From the IMG/VR virus record IMGVR_UViG_3300027280_000002, positions 32,001 through 96,000 of that record: 64,000 nucleotides of DNA, one strand, 5' to 3'. Below are positions 1 through 9,299 of this stretch, in pieces; positions within the stretch are counted from its first letter, which is position 1, and each line of letters begins with the position of its first letter. A program made the position numbers and the translations under genes. Below the pieces are notes generated by a model, which saw only the letters and a list, made by a program, of their open reading frames with translations, was not told the origin of the DNA and ran no database searches. The DNA is from a virus.

Positions 1-1
1 G

Positions 2-577
2 TTTCTTACGAAATCTGTTTGTTAAGAATTCATATGTTGCACCACTCTTTGTTTCTTCTACATGGGTGTACAAGCATACAGTTAAAAGTCCTTCTAACAA
101 TACTTGATTGTCAATTAACTTACCAGCTGTTTTAATCTTGTATCCTACTATTTCTCCACTATCCTCTATTGTTTCAGGGTGAGAAAAGTAAAAGATAACT
201 AGGTCATCACGTAATGCTCTAGCTGTTCTAAACATGTCAACCATGTCTTTAGCCATTACACTAAACTTTGTAAATCCAGTCTCCATAGCTTTCTCTACCA
301 TTCTGAAACCCATTAAGTAATTACTGTCTTCTATGACAATAGTTTTGATGTGTGGGGCTTTCTCCGAGATAGTTCTAAGCAACCTTGTAATGTCAGTTGG
401 ATCATCTACTTCTTTGTAATTCTTGTTTTCTGCGTTGTAAAGTTTCTGAGAACCTTTGAATGGTAACTCTTTCTTTGCAACATTAATAACATAGGTTTCT
501 TCAGGGTTAAGGTGCTTCACTGCTGTTGACTTACCTGTCCCTGTTTCGCCAACAATTCCAATTAATTTTGAACTCAT
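2..577 (-). CDS. P-loop AAA-type ATPase (AAA_24/Sak4-like), runs off the window edge
   Basis: Not in ORF track. Manual translation from ATG at 577: MSSKLIGIVGETGTGKST (Walker A) ... TIVIEDS (Walker B). Frame stays open to position 2. Confidence 0.85.
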   Translation of the reverse strand, partial: MSSKLIGIVGETGTGKSTAVKHLNPEETYVINVAKKELPFKGSQKLYNAENKNYKEVDDPTDITRLLRTISEKAPHIKTIVIEDSNYLMGFRMVEKAMETGFTKFSVMAKDMVDMFRTARALRDDLVIFYFSHPETIEDSGEIVGYKIKTAGKLIDNQVLLEGLLTVCLYTHVEETKSGATYEFLTNRFRKK

Positions 578-609
578 TCTTATTTATTTATTTATTAATA
601 TTAGGTTTA

Positions 610-617
610 CAAATATA
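610..617 (-). promoter_or_regulatory. Bacteroidota-type -7 element (TATATTTG) upstream of the ATPase gene
   Basis: Matches TAnnTTTG in the intergenic gap; no clear -33 TTTG at canonical spacing. Confidence 0.4.
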
Positions 618-623
618 CGATAT

Positions 624-1709
624 TTACACGTATTTTATCTTGTTTTTGTCAAAGAATTCAAGGGCTTTATCAAGCCACTTGCCTTCTACTTTCTCATCAG
701 ATGATATAATATATATCTGTGCTTTTTTATCTGGAGTATCATATTCCATAGCCATACATCTATTAATCTTCTGAGCTAGATTCTCACCATTACTATCAAA
801 GTAATTAATGATAACCTTGTTTAATGGTTTGTATGTAACTCCTGTATTACCAATCTTTACAACTGCCATGTGGGTACCTTCTCCTTCTGCAAAATTCTTA
901 AGGGCATCTTTGTCTTTAGATTTGCTATGGTAGGAAGGAATACCGAGACTATCTGCAATTGATGTAACACCACAAAACACTAGTATTCTTTGTTCCATGT
1001 TATCATTCAATATTTGCTTAGTTTTTTCTTGCTTAGCTAAACTATTTTGAATTAGTCTCATACGTGCTAGACGCATAAACATACTATTCCCACCAGAGTA
1101 CATCATCTTGTTTATAACACCACTAAGGTATTTAAACTGTTGAAGTTCTGTTTTTTTAATTTTACCCTTACCATACTCATTACGAGTTACGTTATCTAAA
1201 GGTACCTTAATTACATTTATTTGGTAGTCAGCTATAACACCTTCTTCAATAGCTTTTTCTATAGGGTAGTGTGCAATTACTGATATACCAAGTTCATCTC
1301 TTAAGGTTCTGGTGGTCCATTTAGATAAGGTGCCTGTAAGGCCAAGTATGTTATCATTGACAGAAAATAAATCTACACAGACACCTATCTGGGCCTCTGA
1401 TAATAAATGTATCTCATCAATAACAACAATGTCAAACTCTGTACCTGCCTGCTTATTTAAGGACCTGTGAGTAGTGTAAGTTATGTTATCATTAATGTAT
1501 CCCATCTCTTCAAATTCCTCTATCCAAGATTGTTTAATCTTGTTATCAGGATATGCAATCAACATAGTACAACTGTCGTTCATCTGGTTAAGGATGTTTA
1601 TAGTCGTTCTAATCTTACCAAACCTAGGACATAAGTTTAAGATTCCAAACTTACCATGGTTAAGCCAAGTTTCTGCAAACTCTGCTTGTCTTTTGTCTCT
1701 TAGTGTCAT
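624..1709 (-). CDS. Superfamily 2 (DExH) helicase-like protein
   Basis: PRFGKI Walker A-like, VVIDEIH motif II, GLTGT motif III, QKINR motif VI-like. Start moved to ATG 1709, which overlaps the upstream TGA (ATGA). Confidence 0.85.
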   Translation of the reverse strand: MTLRDKRQAEFAETWLNHGKFGILNLCPRFGKIRTTINILNQMNDSCTMLIAYPDNKIKQSWIEEFEEMGYINDNITYTTHRSLNKQAGTEFDIVVIDEIHLLSEAQIGVCVDLFSVNDNILGLTGTLSKWTTRTLRDELGISVIAHYPIEKAIEEGVIADYQINVIKVPLDNVTRNEYGKGKIKKTELQQFKYLSGVINKMMYSGGNSMFMRLARMRLIQNSLAKQEKTKQILNDNMEQRILVFCGVTSIADSLGIPSYHSKSKDKDALKNFAEGEGTHMAVVKIGNTGVTYKPLNKVIINYFDSNGENLAQKINRCMAMEYDTPDKKAQIYIISSDEKVEGKWLDKALEFFDKNKIKYV

Positions 1710-1876
1710 ATCGTTCGTATGTGTTTTTTTAATTCCTGTATGCATACATAATATCTATTATATATAGCGCTTATCTCTGCTCTTTCTTTTAAAGGAAGCT
1801 TGTGCTCGATGGCTCTATCTTTAGCCTCTTTAATTTCAGTGAGTCTCGAATGTAATAACTCTATAGGTTCTGTCAT
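1706..1876 (-). CDS. Hypothetical protein, 56 aa (MTEPIELLHSRL...)
   Basis: Manual translation; fills the gap exactly, with ATGA overlaps at both ends. Confidence 0.7.
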   Translation of the reverse strand: MTEPIELLHSRLTEIKEAKDRAIEHKLPLKERAEISAIYNRYYVCIQELKKHIRTI

Positions 1877-2937
1877 GTTATAAAAAATGATTTATTAATT
1901 ACTGCAGAATAATCTGCATCTGTTATCTGTTTTCGTTTAGGTAATTCTTTAAACATACCAATTTGTCCTAGAAAACCTAGACCAATTCTGATATCATCCT
2001 CACCATAACTATTCTTAATAACACGTAAGCTTCTAAAATACTTACCACCAAATTCATCCTTAAGTTTGTTTAAGTCATAACCTGACGGATCTTCTACTTT
2101 ATAACGCATAGGGTCAAAGAGCGCCATACATACATCAGAGTCATTCTGAGTAGTAGAACTGTCTGCAAAGTCTTCTAACTGTGGCTCAACGTCACCATTC
2201 TTTATTCTAGTGGGATTAGCTATAGATCGATTGAACTGACTAACAACAACAGGTGAGTAACCATAGAAGTCACGTGCATATCGTAACTCATCACTCATTT
2301 TGTCAATTGCTTGCTTTTTAGTAGGCTGTGCACTTGTTGTCTTCAACAAACCTATGTGATCTAACACAACTAATGTTATCTCGTTAGGGTCATCAGGTAT
2401 ATATCTTTTATTATATTTATCTACCTGTATTATCTCACCACGAGATAATGCATAATCTTTTAACTCTTTAGCTATACCTACTGGATTCTCTGGCCCATCA
2501 ATGATTGTAACTATAGACTCAAGTTTGTTCATATAGTCTTCATATTGTAAGAACAAATCATGTTCGTCTTTAGTCATCTTACTGGTCCAGCCTAGTAGTT
2601 TGTTAACTGGTATGATAACACCCTGATCAATAAATATCTTTCTACACGTCCATTTAGCTAACTTATAAGTCTGACTACGCTCCATTGATCTATACCATAC
2701 TTTTACCTTTATTCCAGACTTCTGTCCTTCCTTAGACAAAGCCCAGTCTACAGGGTTAAGTACAAATGCGTCATCAATGAAACTAGTCTTACCTGAACCA
2801 GTCAACCCACCAATCAAATAGTACATTGACTTTCTAATGCCAACATATCTATTTAACCTATCAAAACCCATCGGTATTCCACCACTGTTACCGGCTAAAC
2901 CTTTGTCTACTTCTTCTTTTAGTAGTTGAAATCCCAT
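1873..2937 (-). CDS. dnaB: DnaB-like replicative helicase
   Basis: GGLTGSGKT Walker A, SME, VVLDHIGLL, VSQFNR, QNDSD, IKNSYG: SF4 helicase motifs. Confidence 0.9.
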   Translation of the reverse strand: MGFQLLKEEVDKGLAGNSGGIPMGFDRLNRYVGIRKSMYYLIGGLTGSGKTSFIDDAFVLNPVDWALSKEGQKSGIKVKVWYRSMERSQTYKLAKWTCRKIFIDQGVIIPVNKLLGWTSKMTKDEHDLFLQYEDYMNKLESIVTIIDGPENPVGIAKELKDYALSRGEIIQVDKYNKRYIPDDPNEITLVVLDHIGLLKTTSAQPTKKQAIDKMSDELRYARDFYGYSPVVVSQFNRSIANPTRIKNGDVEPQLEDFADSSTTQNDSDVCMALFDPMRYKVEDPSGYDLNKLKDEFGGKYFRSLRVIKNSYGEDDIRIGLGFLGQIGMFKELPKRKQITDADYSAVINKSFFIT

Positions 2938-2940
2938 ATT

Positions 2941-3144
2941 TTATTTTTTGTCTATTACATCTACTTCAGTCCATGCTGCTAAATGCACCACTTCACCATC
3001 ATCTCTGGTGCAGTAACTATACATTCCATCTATAGACCTGAAGTTCAGTTCTTCTCCTTCTGTAATTTGAGGAGCTCCTGGTGGTACTTTGTCCTCAACT
3101 ATTATTTTAATTCTGCTATTTCTTGGTACGTCGTATAATTTCAT
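2941..3144 (-). CDS. Hypothetical protein, 67 aa
   Basis: ORF track; in operon. Confidence 0.7.
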   Translation of the reverse strand: MKLYDVPRNSRIKIIVEDKVPPGAPQITEGEELNFRSIDGMYSYCTRDDGEVVHLAAWTEVDVIDKK

Positions 3145-3155
3145 AATTTCTAATT

Positions 3156-3770
3156 TTAAATGTCTGTTGATCCTGTTGGTTCTGATTCTTCTTCTTCCAT
3201 AATTTCCATAAACGCTTCGTAGGTACGCTGATTGAGATAAGTTAGACTGTTTTGCATGTAAGTAATTCTATTTTGTCCTGACTTAACTGACATTGTAACT
3301 TTTTGCATTACCTCAAACTTTAAAGCTTTGATTAATTGCTCAGCAGTATGTTCTCCTTCTAAAAGTATCGCATCAAATTTAACTTTACATGAATTCTTGT
3401 CTTTTCTAATTGCTCTAGTTCCTTTAAAGCTCTTACCTTTATACTTAAATGTATCTGTGCTAGGATATTCTTTCCACCACTCTTCAAAGTATGTGGACTT
3501 TGGTTTTTTCTTTACAAACTTTTTTTCCGTAGTGCTCTCATCTACAAACAATAATAGATCTTTACCCACTGTTGTAAGTTTTTCTTCATCTTTTGTTATA
3601 AGACCTTTTCTTATAAGTGATTGATAGATAGCAGCAAGACGCATGCTGTTCTCATAAAGAGGCACTACGTCATACTGGTTTTCTATTAATTTTAATAAGT
3701 ATATTATGTCTAAGTTATAACTTTTTTTGATGAGCTCTTCGAACTTCTGTGGTGATATGTGTAACTTCAT
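3156..3770 (-). CDS. Putative replication initiator / helicase-loader-like protein
   Basis: N-terminal wHTH-like segment (LIRKGLI..LTTVG); FEEWWKEYP...TYLNQRTYE resembles phage replisome-organiser C-termini; adjacent to DnaB. Confidence 0.6.
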   Translation of the reverse strand: MKLHISPQKFEELIKKSYNLDIIYLLKLIENQYDVVPLYENSMRLAAIYQSLIRKGLITKDEEKLTTVGKDLLLFVDESTTEKKFVKKKPKSTYFEEWWKEYPSTDTFKYKGKSFKGTRAIRKDKNSCKVKFDAILLEGEHTAEQLIKALKFEVMQKVTMSVKSGQNRITYMQNSLTYLNQRTYEAFMEIMEEEESEPTGSTDI

Positions 3771-3936
3771 CCTTTAATGGTTTTATAACTTTAATAATAG
3801 CAGGCTTTCTATTTTTAGCCTCTTGACTTAGCCATTCTTGATATTCTAGTTCTATCAAGTACTGGCGTTCTGCAGCATACACTTTATCATTAGCGTACGC
3901 TGCATGTTCCCAGTCTTCGTTAATTAACCTAGACAT
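3715..3936 (-). CDS. Hypothetical protein, 73 aa (MSRLINEDWE...)
   Basis: Track ORF trimmed to ATG 3936, which overlaps the upstream stop. Confidence 0.6.
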   Translation of the reverse strand: MSRLINEDWEHAAYANDKVYAAERQYLIELEYQEWLSQEAKNRKPAIIKVIKPLKDEVTHITTEVRRAHQKKL

Positions 3937-4123
3937 TCTTTTTCTTGTTTTTAGATCCTTTAGGTCTTCCTGGTCCACGTTTAGCATTCTTACTACCTTT
4001 TGGTCTACCTCTTTTGGATTTCTTAACTGGTTTTTGAATTGGTTCAGCTCTAAATATTTCATAAGCTGTATACGCTAATCCTAACATTAAAATTACTACT
4101 ACTACTACTGTTACTGTTTTCAT
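3929..4123 (-). CDS. Membrane-anchored basic protein with two AT-hook-like GRPKGSKN motifs
   Basis: Hydrophobic VTVVVVVILMLGLAY, then KRGRPKGSKN and PGRPKGSKNKKK. Confidence 0.75.
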   Translation of the reverse strand: MKTVTVVVVVILMLGLAYTAYEIFRAEPIQKPVKKSKRGRPKGSKNAKRGPGRPKGSKNKKKNV

Positions 4124-4147
4124 TTTACTTGTTTTTATTTATTAATA

Positions 4148-4411
4148 TTAATCTTTAATTCTTAATCCGTATTGGAGGTTAAACCACTCGAATGTTGTAT
4201 TTGCTTTACTTGTATTAAACTTGAACACTTTCTTTAGAGCTTTTATAGAATATTTCCTAAACTCTATAGATTGATCTTTTGTCATTGTCCAGTTAAAATA
4301 CCACTTATCATCATCAAGAGTATCCACTAATCGTTTTCCAACTATATCTAGTTGATACTCAATCAAATGTCTTGTAATGGTTGATCTATTTATTTTAGAT
4401 TTTCTTTTCAT
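4148..4411 (-). CDS. Hypothetical protein, 87 aa
   Basis: ORF track; coupled to PolB stop. Confidence 0.75.
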   Translation of the reverse strand: MKRKSKINRSTITRHLIEYQLDIVGKRLVDTLDDDKWYFNWTMTKDQSIEFRKYSIKALKKVFKFNTSKANTTFEWFNLQYGLRIKD

Positions 4412-6375
4412 TAGAATAAACTTATTTGATTAGGAGCAGCATAAGATTTTTTAATTCTTTTGCCTCCTGTTGTAATCTTAGTTATTAATTTTTCAGCTTT
4501 ATTTATATAATATGTATAGTTTATATTATCTAACTTACTTGCGTTTGGTAAATAATTACAAACATGACACAACCATTCTCCAGCTTCAGCTTGTGAACGT
4601 TTAGCAGCTTTACTTGTAGACTCATCATTTCTAAGCTTGTAAATCTTTTCTCCATCATTAGATACATAGTATCTTATAAGTTTATTATATTTACTAGCCT
4701 CTCCTGTAATTATATTGATACCTTCATAATGAAAGTCTTTAGAAGCTTTCTTTCTAATGCAAAAGTCAAACAAGTTCTTATGTTTTTCTATAGTTTCCCT
4801 AACCGGAATGTTGTTTACATAATACTGTTCTAATGCAATAGGAACAATTCTAGCTGACTTGTTCTTGTGAAGTTCAAAGTCTGTAAGAAAGTCTCCTTTC
4901 TTTTTAACATAACCATTAGGCATAATAGCTATATAATCATTGACGGTTGAAAAGATTATCTTTTTGTAGTCTGTTCTTTCCAAAATATACTGTGTTGTCT
5001 CAGACCACTCTGCATTTATTTCATGCATTTTAGGTATTAGATCTTTCTTAACTCTTACAGTTACACCGTCTGTATTAGCAGAAATAATCTGAATGCCACT
5101 CATTTCATATAATTCAATAAGCATCATTAGACTAAGTTCACCAGTTATAGTAGTGAACATAGTTAACTGCCTATCATAAATCCATGATAGCATATCAGAT
5201 GACTTTCCATAAACAGAATTTACTGCAAGCTTAAGAGCTCCAATAATACCTTTAGTTTTACCATCCTTTGCTCCAGTAGCTTTCAGTTCAAGTCTTTTCT
5301 CAAACATCTGCTTGTAGCCAAATAGAAACTCTTTTCCTAAATGTGCAGGATATTTTGCATTGTTAATAATAATTGCAGGATAATAACTAGCCACATCCCA
5401 ATCAATAATTTCATATTCTTCATCTGCCTCAAAGACAGCTGGTTTATTTTCTGTATGTAACCCACCTCTCATAAAAGAATAAAGATTACCATAGAAATGA
5501 ATATGTTCTTTAAAGTCATCTTGAAGACCAAGCTTCATACCTTTAATATTAATAAGAAACTTCTTTAGCTTTGTTGTTTTAAACTTAACATACGGTGCTA
5601 TACAGTTTTTCATATCTATACTCTTTCTAAAGTATCCTTTTCTAGGAAGCTCTTTAATATCTATACCTTTCTCTTCACAGTAGTACTTCTTGATAATCTC
5701 ATCACCAATTTTACTGTCAGAATAGTTAAGACATTCTATACCAAACTCTTCTTGTATGTTTAACCTTAACTGTATTTGATCATTACTTTTATACAACGGA
5801 TGATCAGTGTCACCCACAGTAACCTTATAAAACTCATAAGTAGCATCTACATCATTAAAACAATACTGGAGCGTTAAGAACACCTCGTCCTTAGTCATGT
5901 TTGTTTTAGTATAATGTATAGGCATTTCTTCGATGTTCTCTAAGTCCATCTCAAACTCTAACCTCTTGAGACTAACACGTCTGTTCTTGTTATCGTAGTG
6001 ATGTATCTTAAATAAATCTAACTGTTTCAGACTTAACTCATGTTCTCTATACTCTGGAAAAACATCATAATTAGCATCATGTATAACATCTTGAGCTTTC
6101 TGTGCTATCATTGCACATATTTCTAGACCAGTACCTTCATGCCAGTTTTCACAGTTTCTAAGTATCCATTCTACAACTTGAGCATCAAAACGTAAGTTAT
6201 TATAACCCACCCAATATGATTCTTTGTATGTTTCAGTATATTTTACGAATGAATCTAGTTGATTTTGCCACTTGCTAACTGTAAAGCTTCTAGGTGTTTT
6301 ACCAGGCTGCATACATACAACTATGAAGCATTCTTGCATAGTTTCTATGTCATATATAATTACATCTTTAATCAT
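4411..6375 (-). CDS. polB: Family B DNA polymerase with 3'-5' exonuclease
   Basis: Exo motifs YDIET, GYNNLRFD, YCFNDV; polymerase motifs DVASYYP, KLAVNSVYG, NTDG. Confidence 0.92.
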   Translation of the reverse strand: MIKDVIIYDIETMQECFIVVCMQPGKTPRSFTVSKWQNQLDSFVKYTETYKESYWVGYNNLRFDAQVVEWILRNCENWHEGTGLEICAMIAQKAQDVIHDANYDVFPEYREHELSLKQLDLFKIHHYDNKNRRVSLKRLEFEMDLENIEEMPIHYTKTNMTKDEVFLTLQYCFNDVDATYEFYKVTVGDTDHPLYKSNDQIQLRLNIQEEFGIECLNYSDSKIGDEIIKKYYCEEKGIDIKELPRKGYFRKSIDMKNCIAPYVKFKTTKLKKFLINIKGMKLGLQDDFKEHIHFYGNLYSFMRGGLHTENKPAVFEADEEYEIIDWDVASYYPAIIINNAKYPAHLGKEFLFGYKQMFEKRLELKATGAKDGKTKGIIGALKLAVNSVYGKSSDMLSWIYDRQLTMFTTITGELSLMMLIELYEMSGIQIISANTDGVTVRVKKDLIPKMHEINAEWSETTQYILERTDYKKIIFSTVNDYIAIMPNGYVKKKGDFLTDFELHKNKSARIVPIALEQYYVNNIPVRETIEKHKNLFDFCIRKKASKDFHYEGINIITGEASKYNKLIRYYVSNDGEKIYKLRNDESTSKAAKRSQAEAGEWLCHVCNYLPNASKLDNINYTYYINKAEKLITKITTGGKRIKKSYAAPNQISLF

Positions 6376-6565
6376 TTTGTTTGTTTTTATAGTCGTTATA
6401 GTCTAAATAGAACCCAATGCCTACAATTATATGCAAACCTACACTGCTTAGTAGTTCGTATAGGTCATGAAAATTATGTATAGACAGGTGAATATGACCT
6501 ACTATCCAGAATGGTATAGCTAGCTGTTGGCTTATCCATCTAATTAGAAAGATTAATAGTTTCAT
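6368..6565 (-). CDS. Small membrane protein, 65 aa
   Basis: Two hydrophobic segments with several His; directly downstream of a promoter. Confidence 0.65.
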   Translation of the reverse strand: MKLLIFLIRWISQQLAIPFWIVGHIHLSIHNFHDLYELLSSVGLHIIVGIGFYLDYNDYKNKQND

Positions 6566-6586
6566 AAAATATGTTTAAGTATGTTA

Positions 6587-6617
6587 CAAAAGTAATGAAT
6601 TTAGTTAGATTACCAAA
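6587..6617 (-). promoter_or_regulatory. Bacteroidota housekeeping-sigma promoter for the polB/helicase operon
   Basis: Minus strand TTTG-N19-TACTTTTG, 21 nt before the ATG at 6565. Confidence 0.7.
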
Positions 6618-7185
6618 TAGAAAACCCACCACAATTCTTAAGAAACTTAATAAATTCCTTAATCAACCACAGAGGTGTACCGTGTGAAGGGTAATATACA
6701 TTTCCATCATCACTAACGATACTAGTAAACATAATTGTACCATAAGGATAATCTTTGTTAAGTTTCTCTGTTGTCTCATCATCTATTAATCCCTGACTTC
6801 CTCTTTGATTCCAAGAATTCATGTTACAATAAATTACATCCTCAGGATCTATTAAATTATCTTCTTGATCAACAACTTTTTCTAGTGCATCTGCTACAGC
6901 ATTACACTCTTGCCAGTTATCTAACCCCATGCCATCATTACCCATCCATTCATCAAAGTTAAACTTAAGTTCATGTTGTTCTGCTGCATGTTTACATAAC
7001 ATAACTATCGGTCTCCAGGACCACCAATTACTTCTAAAGTAATAACCAGGGTTATTATGTTCCCATTTCTCTACTGCGTCCCAGTATTCTTTCTTTTGCT
7101 TATCAGTAACACTGTCATCATTGTAATCAATCTCAGGTTTCTTGCCTATTAACTTTGGCGCTTTGCCATAAATATCTACTCCCAT
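6610..7185 (-). CDS. Conserved-looking phage hypothetical protein, 191 aa
   Basis: MGVDIYG...YFRSNWWSWRP...FLKNCGGFSIW. Confidence 0.75.
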   Translation of the reverse strand: MGVDIYGKAPKLIGKKPEIDYNDDSVTDKQKKEYWDAVEKWEHNNPGYYFRSNWWSWRPIVMLCKHAAEQHELKFNFDEWMGNDGMGLDNWQECNAVADALEKVVDQEDNLIDPEDVIYCNMNSWNQRGSQGLIDDETTEKLNKDYPYGTIMFTSIVSDDGNVYYPSHGTPLWLIKEFIKFLKNCGGFSIW

Positions 7186-7187
7186 AA

Positions 7188-7310
7188 TTATTTGATTTTT
7201 TTATATGCTGCTAGCATTTGTTTCTCGTTTTTAACGTATTTATTATTTATCTTAAGCATCCATCTTTGAAATGCTTGTCTTCTTAGTATTTTATTTGCAC
7301 CTGTTGCCAT
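7188..7310 (-). CDS. Small basic hypothetical protein, 40 aa
   Basis: ATG at 7310 directly after upstream TAA; track ORF 7188..7427 is over-extended. Confidence 0.55.
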   Translation of the reverse strand: MATGANKILRRQAFQRWMLKINNKYVKNEKQMLAAYKKIK

Positions 7311-7311
7311 A

Positions 7312-7440
7312 TTAAATAGTATCTTCCCAATAAGGGTCTGGTTCTTCTTGTTCGTTAAACTCTGCATGTTCTTTACAATCAGAGCATCTATCTGTGTCAT
7401 ACCATCTTGATGCGCCACAGCAATCACTTAGCTCTTCCAT
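7312..7440 (-). CDS. Small Cys-rich (zinc-ribbon-like) protein, 42 aa
   Basis: MEELSDCCGASRWYDTDRCSDCKEHAEF...; TAATG overlap with upstream ORF. Confidence 0.65.
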   Translation of the reverse strand: MEELSDCCGASRWYDTDRCSDCKEHAEFNEQEEPDPYWEDTI

Positions 7441-7559
7441 TAGTATCTGTAATCATTATTATCAAAGTCTTCCCAATCTTCTGGCCATAGAAGTTTGCCT
7501 ATAAATTTTCCTAGCACTAACGCTATAGCTGCTAAGCCTAACCACATAATTGTTTCCAT
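7440..7559 (-). CDS. Small single-TM protein, 39 aa
   Basis: METIMWLGLAAIALVLGKFIGKLLWPEDWEDF... Confidence 0.6.
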   Translation of the reverse strand: METIMWLGLAAIALVLGKFIGKLLWPEDWEDFDNNDYRY

Positions 7560-7583
7560 AATTCTAATTGTTTAAGTTTATTA

Positions 7584-8042
7584 TTAAATTTCTATATCTT
7601 CGTCTTCATCATCTAGTAATCCACGTAAAATGACAAGGTTTTCTTCGTAAATAGGAAGAATTCTACCCTTCTCTAACTCATCATCATCTACAAGGATTTC
7701 AATGAGTCCATCAAAGTCTCTCATGACTATGTTCATTTCCTTGACTGTAAAGTCTTGTAGTTCTGTTTCATGCATAGGATGATCGAACCATCCTATTTCA
7801 TCAGGTGTTGCTACAACCTTACCATCCTCATCTATTAAATAGGGATAAACAGGGAAACCATTGTTCATGTAAACTATTTCTGTGCTATGTTCAGCAATAT
7901 TAAATCCAGAACTACTTAATGAAAACAACTCTAGATGTTCTTTTTCTTCACTACCAGGGTATAAATGATTCATAAATATCATTTCTTCGTTTAATTCATC
8001 TGCGTCATAATGACGAAAATGTAATTCAGTTGCTATCCACAT
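7584..8042 (-). CDS. Acidic hypothetical protein, 152 aa
   Basis: ORF track. Confidence 0.75.
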   Translation of the reverse strand: MWIATELHFRHYDADELNEEMIFMNHLYPGSEEKEHLELFSLSSSGFNIAEHSTEIVYMNNGFPVYPYLIDEDGKVVATPDEIGWFDHPMHETELQDFTVKEMNIVMRDFDGLIEILVDDDELEKGRILPIYEENLVILRGLLDDEDEDIEI

Positions 8043-8326
8043 TATATTCTCTTTTTAGGTGTTGGTGACATTAATTCATAAACACTGTATTGTGATGACA
8101 GTCTTAGTAATATGTGAAGCATTTCAGCTTCTTCTATTGTCCATTGTTCTTGACCGGCAATCTCAAACACTTTTACATGTGTTTTATTTATGTCTAGCTG
8201 CATACATAATTTATCATCACAATATAACATGTGACTTTCTTGTAAATCATTATTCATTACTAAGTAATCATAAGCATGTACATCATCTACTATGACTTGC
8301 TCTTTGTGAAGGTGTTTTAGTTCCAT
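8042..8326 (-). CDS. Hypothetical protein, 94 aa
   Basis: ORF track; stop overlaps next start. Confidence 0.7.
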   Translation of the reverse strand: MELKHLHKEQVIVDDVHAYDYLVMNNDLQESHMLYCDDKLCMQLDINKTHVKVFEIAGQEQWTIEEAEMLHILLRLSSQYSVYELMSPTPKKRI

Positions 8327-8409
8327 TTTTTAAGTTTTATTTAATAGTTCGTTTTTTATTTTTAATAACTTCGGCAGCAAACACTATTTAGTGACGAAGT
8401 ATAGTTTTT

Positions 8410-8703
8410 CTAGAATAATCCATAGAGGTGATATTTAAGTTTTATTTCCTCACCTCGTTTTATATCTCTAATTGTTAAAAGATGTAGTGTTTCTTCTACA
8501 ACTATTAACTGCACATTAGGATCTTCACTATGATTAATGAATCCACCTAATGGAGTTCTTATATAATTGTGCTCATAATTTTCATTACGCACATGAGTTA
8601 TTCCTAAGTCAATACCTTTAAGAAGTTTTTTTCTAGCAAACACACCTAACCCATGTATTGAAGATTTTCTTATTGTAAGACTTTCTGGTAATGGTTTATA
8701 CAT
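8410..8703 (-). CDS. Minimal SET-domain protein (putative protein-lysine methyltransferase)
   Basis: SSIHGLGVFA (GxG), GGFINHSEDPN (NHS), RDIKRGEEIKLKY (GEE..Y). Confidence 0.88.
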   Translation of the reverse strand: MYKPLPESLTIRKSSIHGLGVFARKKLLKGIDLGITHVRNENYEHNYIRTPLGGFINHSEDPNVQLIVVEETLHLLTIRDIKRGEEIKLKYHLYGLF

Positions 8704-8722
8704 CTTTTATTATTTTAATCAT

Positions 8723-8947
8723 CTATAATATTGCTACTTCAACCCATCCTTTTTCTGAATAACTTATTTCTGCAACATAGCCATCATCTTTGAGTTCTTG
8801 TTCTAATTCTAATGCAGCTTCCCACAATTCTGGTTCAGGAATTTCATCATGTTCATTGTCATGACATATAGCACCTTGGCACTCGTAAAATTCATGTTCT
8901 TGATTCCACTCAAATCTCCAGTTGTCAATTGTTTTGTATTTTTCCAT
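8723..8947 (-). CDS. Acidic hypothetical protein, 74 aa
   Basis: ORF track. Confidence 0.7.
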   Translation of the reverse strand: MEKYKTIDNWRFEWNQEHEFYECQGAICHDNEHDEIPEPELWEAALELEQELKDDGYVAEISYSEKGWVEVAIL

Positions 8948-8948
8948 T

Positions 8949-9299
8949 TTATTTTTCTATTGATAATGTTATGTTATTCCACTTTCCTCCTTTTAATGAT
9001 TGATCAACTAAAAAGTCTATTCTTTTAGTCCATCTTTTATTCATTCTGTCTTGTACTGTCCATAGCCCATCCATTGAACCTGCTCCTTGAACACAAACAA
9101 CAGTTCCAAAAGTATACCCTAGAGGTTCTAAATCTCTGGACACAGCAATCCATCTATGACCTCCAGGATTATCTTTATCTATAACTTTGTTAGACGCTGT
9201 TATAAATGGTGTATCATCTGTTTGTCCAGGAACAGCATGATAAATTGTTGCTGTCACTGAAACTTTAAGTGTAAACAGTATTAGTATTAACGTTTTCAT
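8949..9299 (-). CDS. 3D (Asp-Asp-Asp) domain, MltA-like muralytic protein
   Basis: VTATIY...QTDDTPFITAS...IAVSRDL...GTVV...VQDRM...RIDFL; short hydrophobic N-terminus. Confidence 0.8.
   Translation of the reverse strand: MKTLILILFTLKVSVTATIYHAVPGQTDDTPFITASNKVIDKDNPGGHRWIAVSRDLEPLGYTFGTVVCVQGAGSMDGLWTVQDRMNKRWTKRIDFLVDQSLKGGKWNNITLSIEK

Noticed and set aside
526-8295. Plus-strand track ORFs in the left arm (526, 1483, 3328, 6259, 6771, 8059)
   Set aside because: Antisense to well-supported minus-strand genes; no recognisable motifs.
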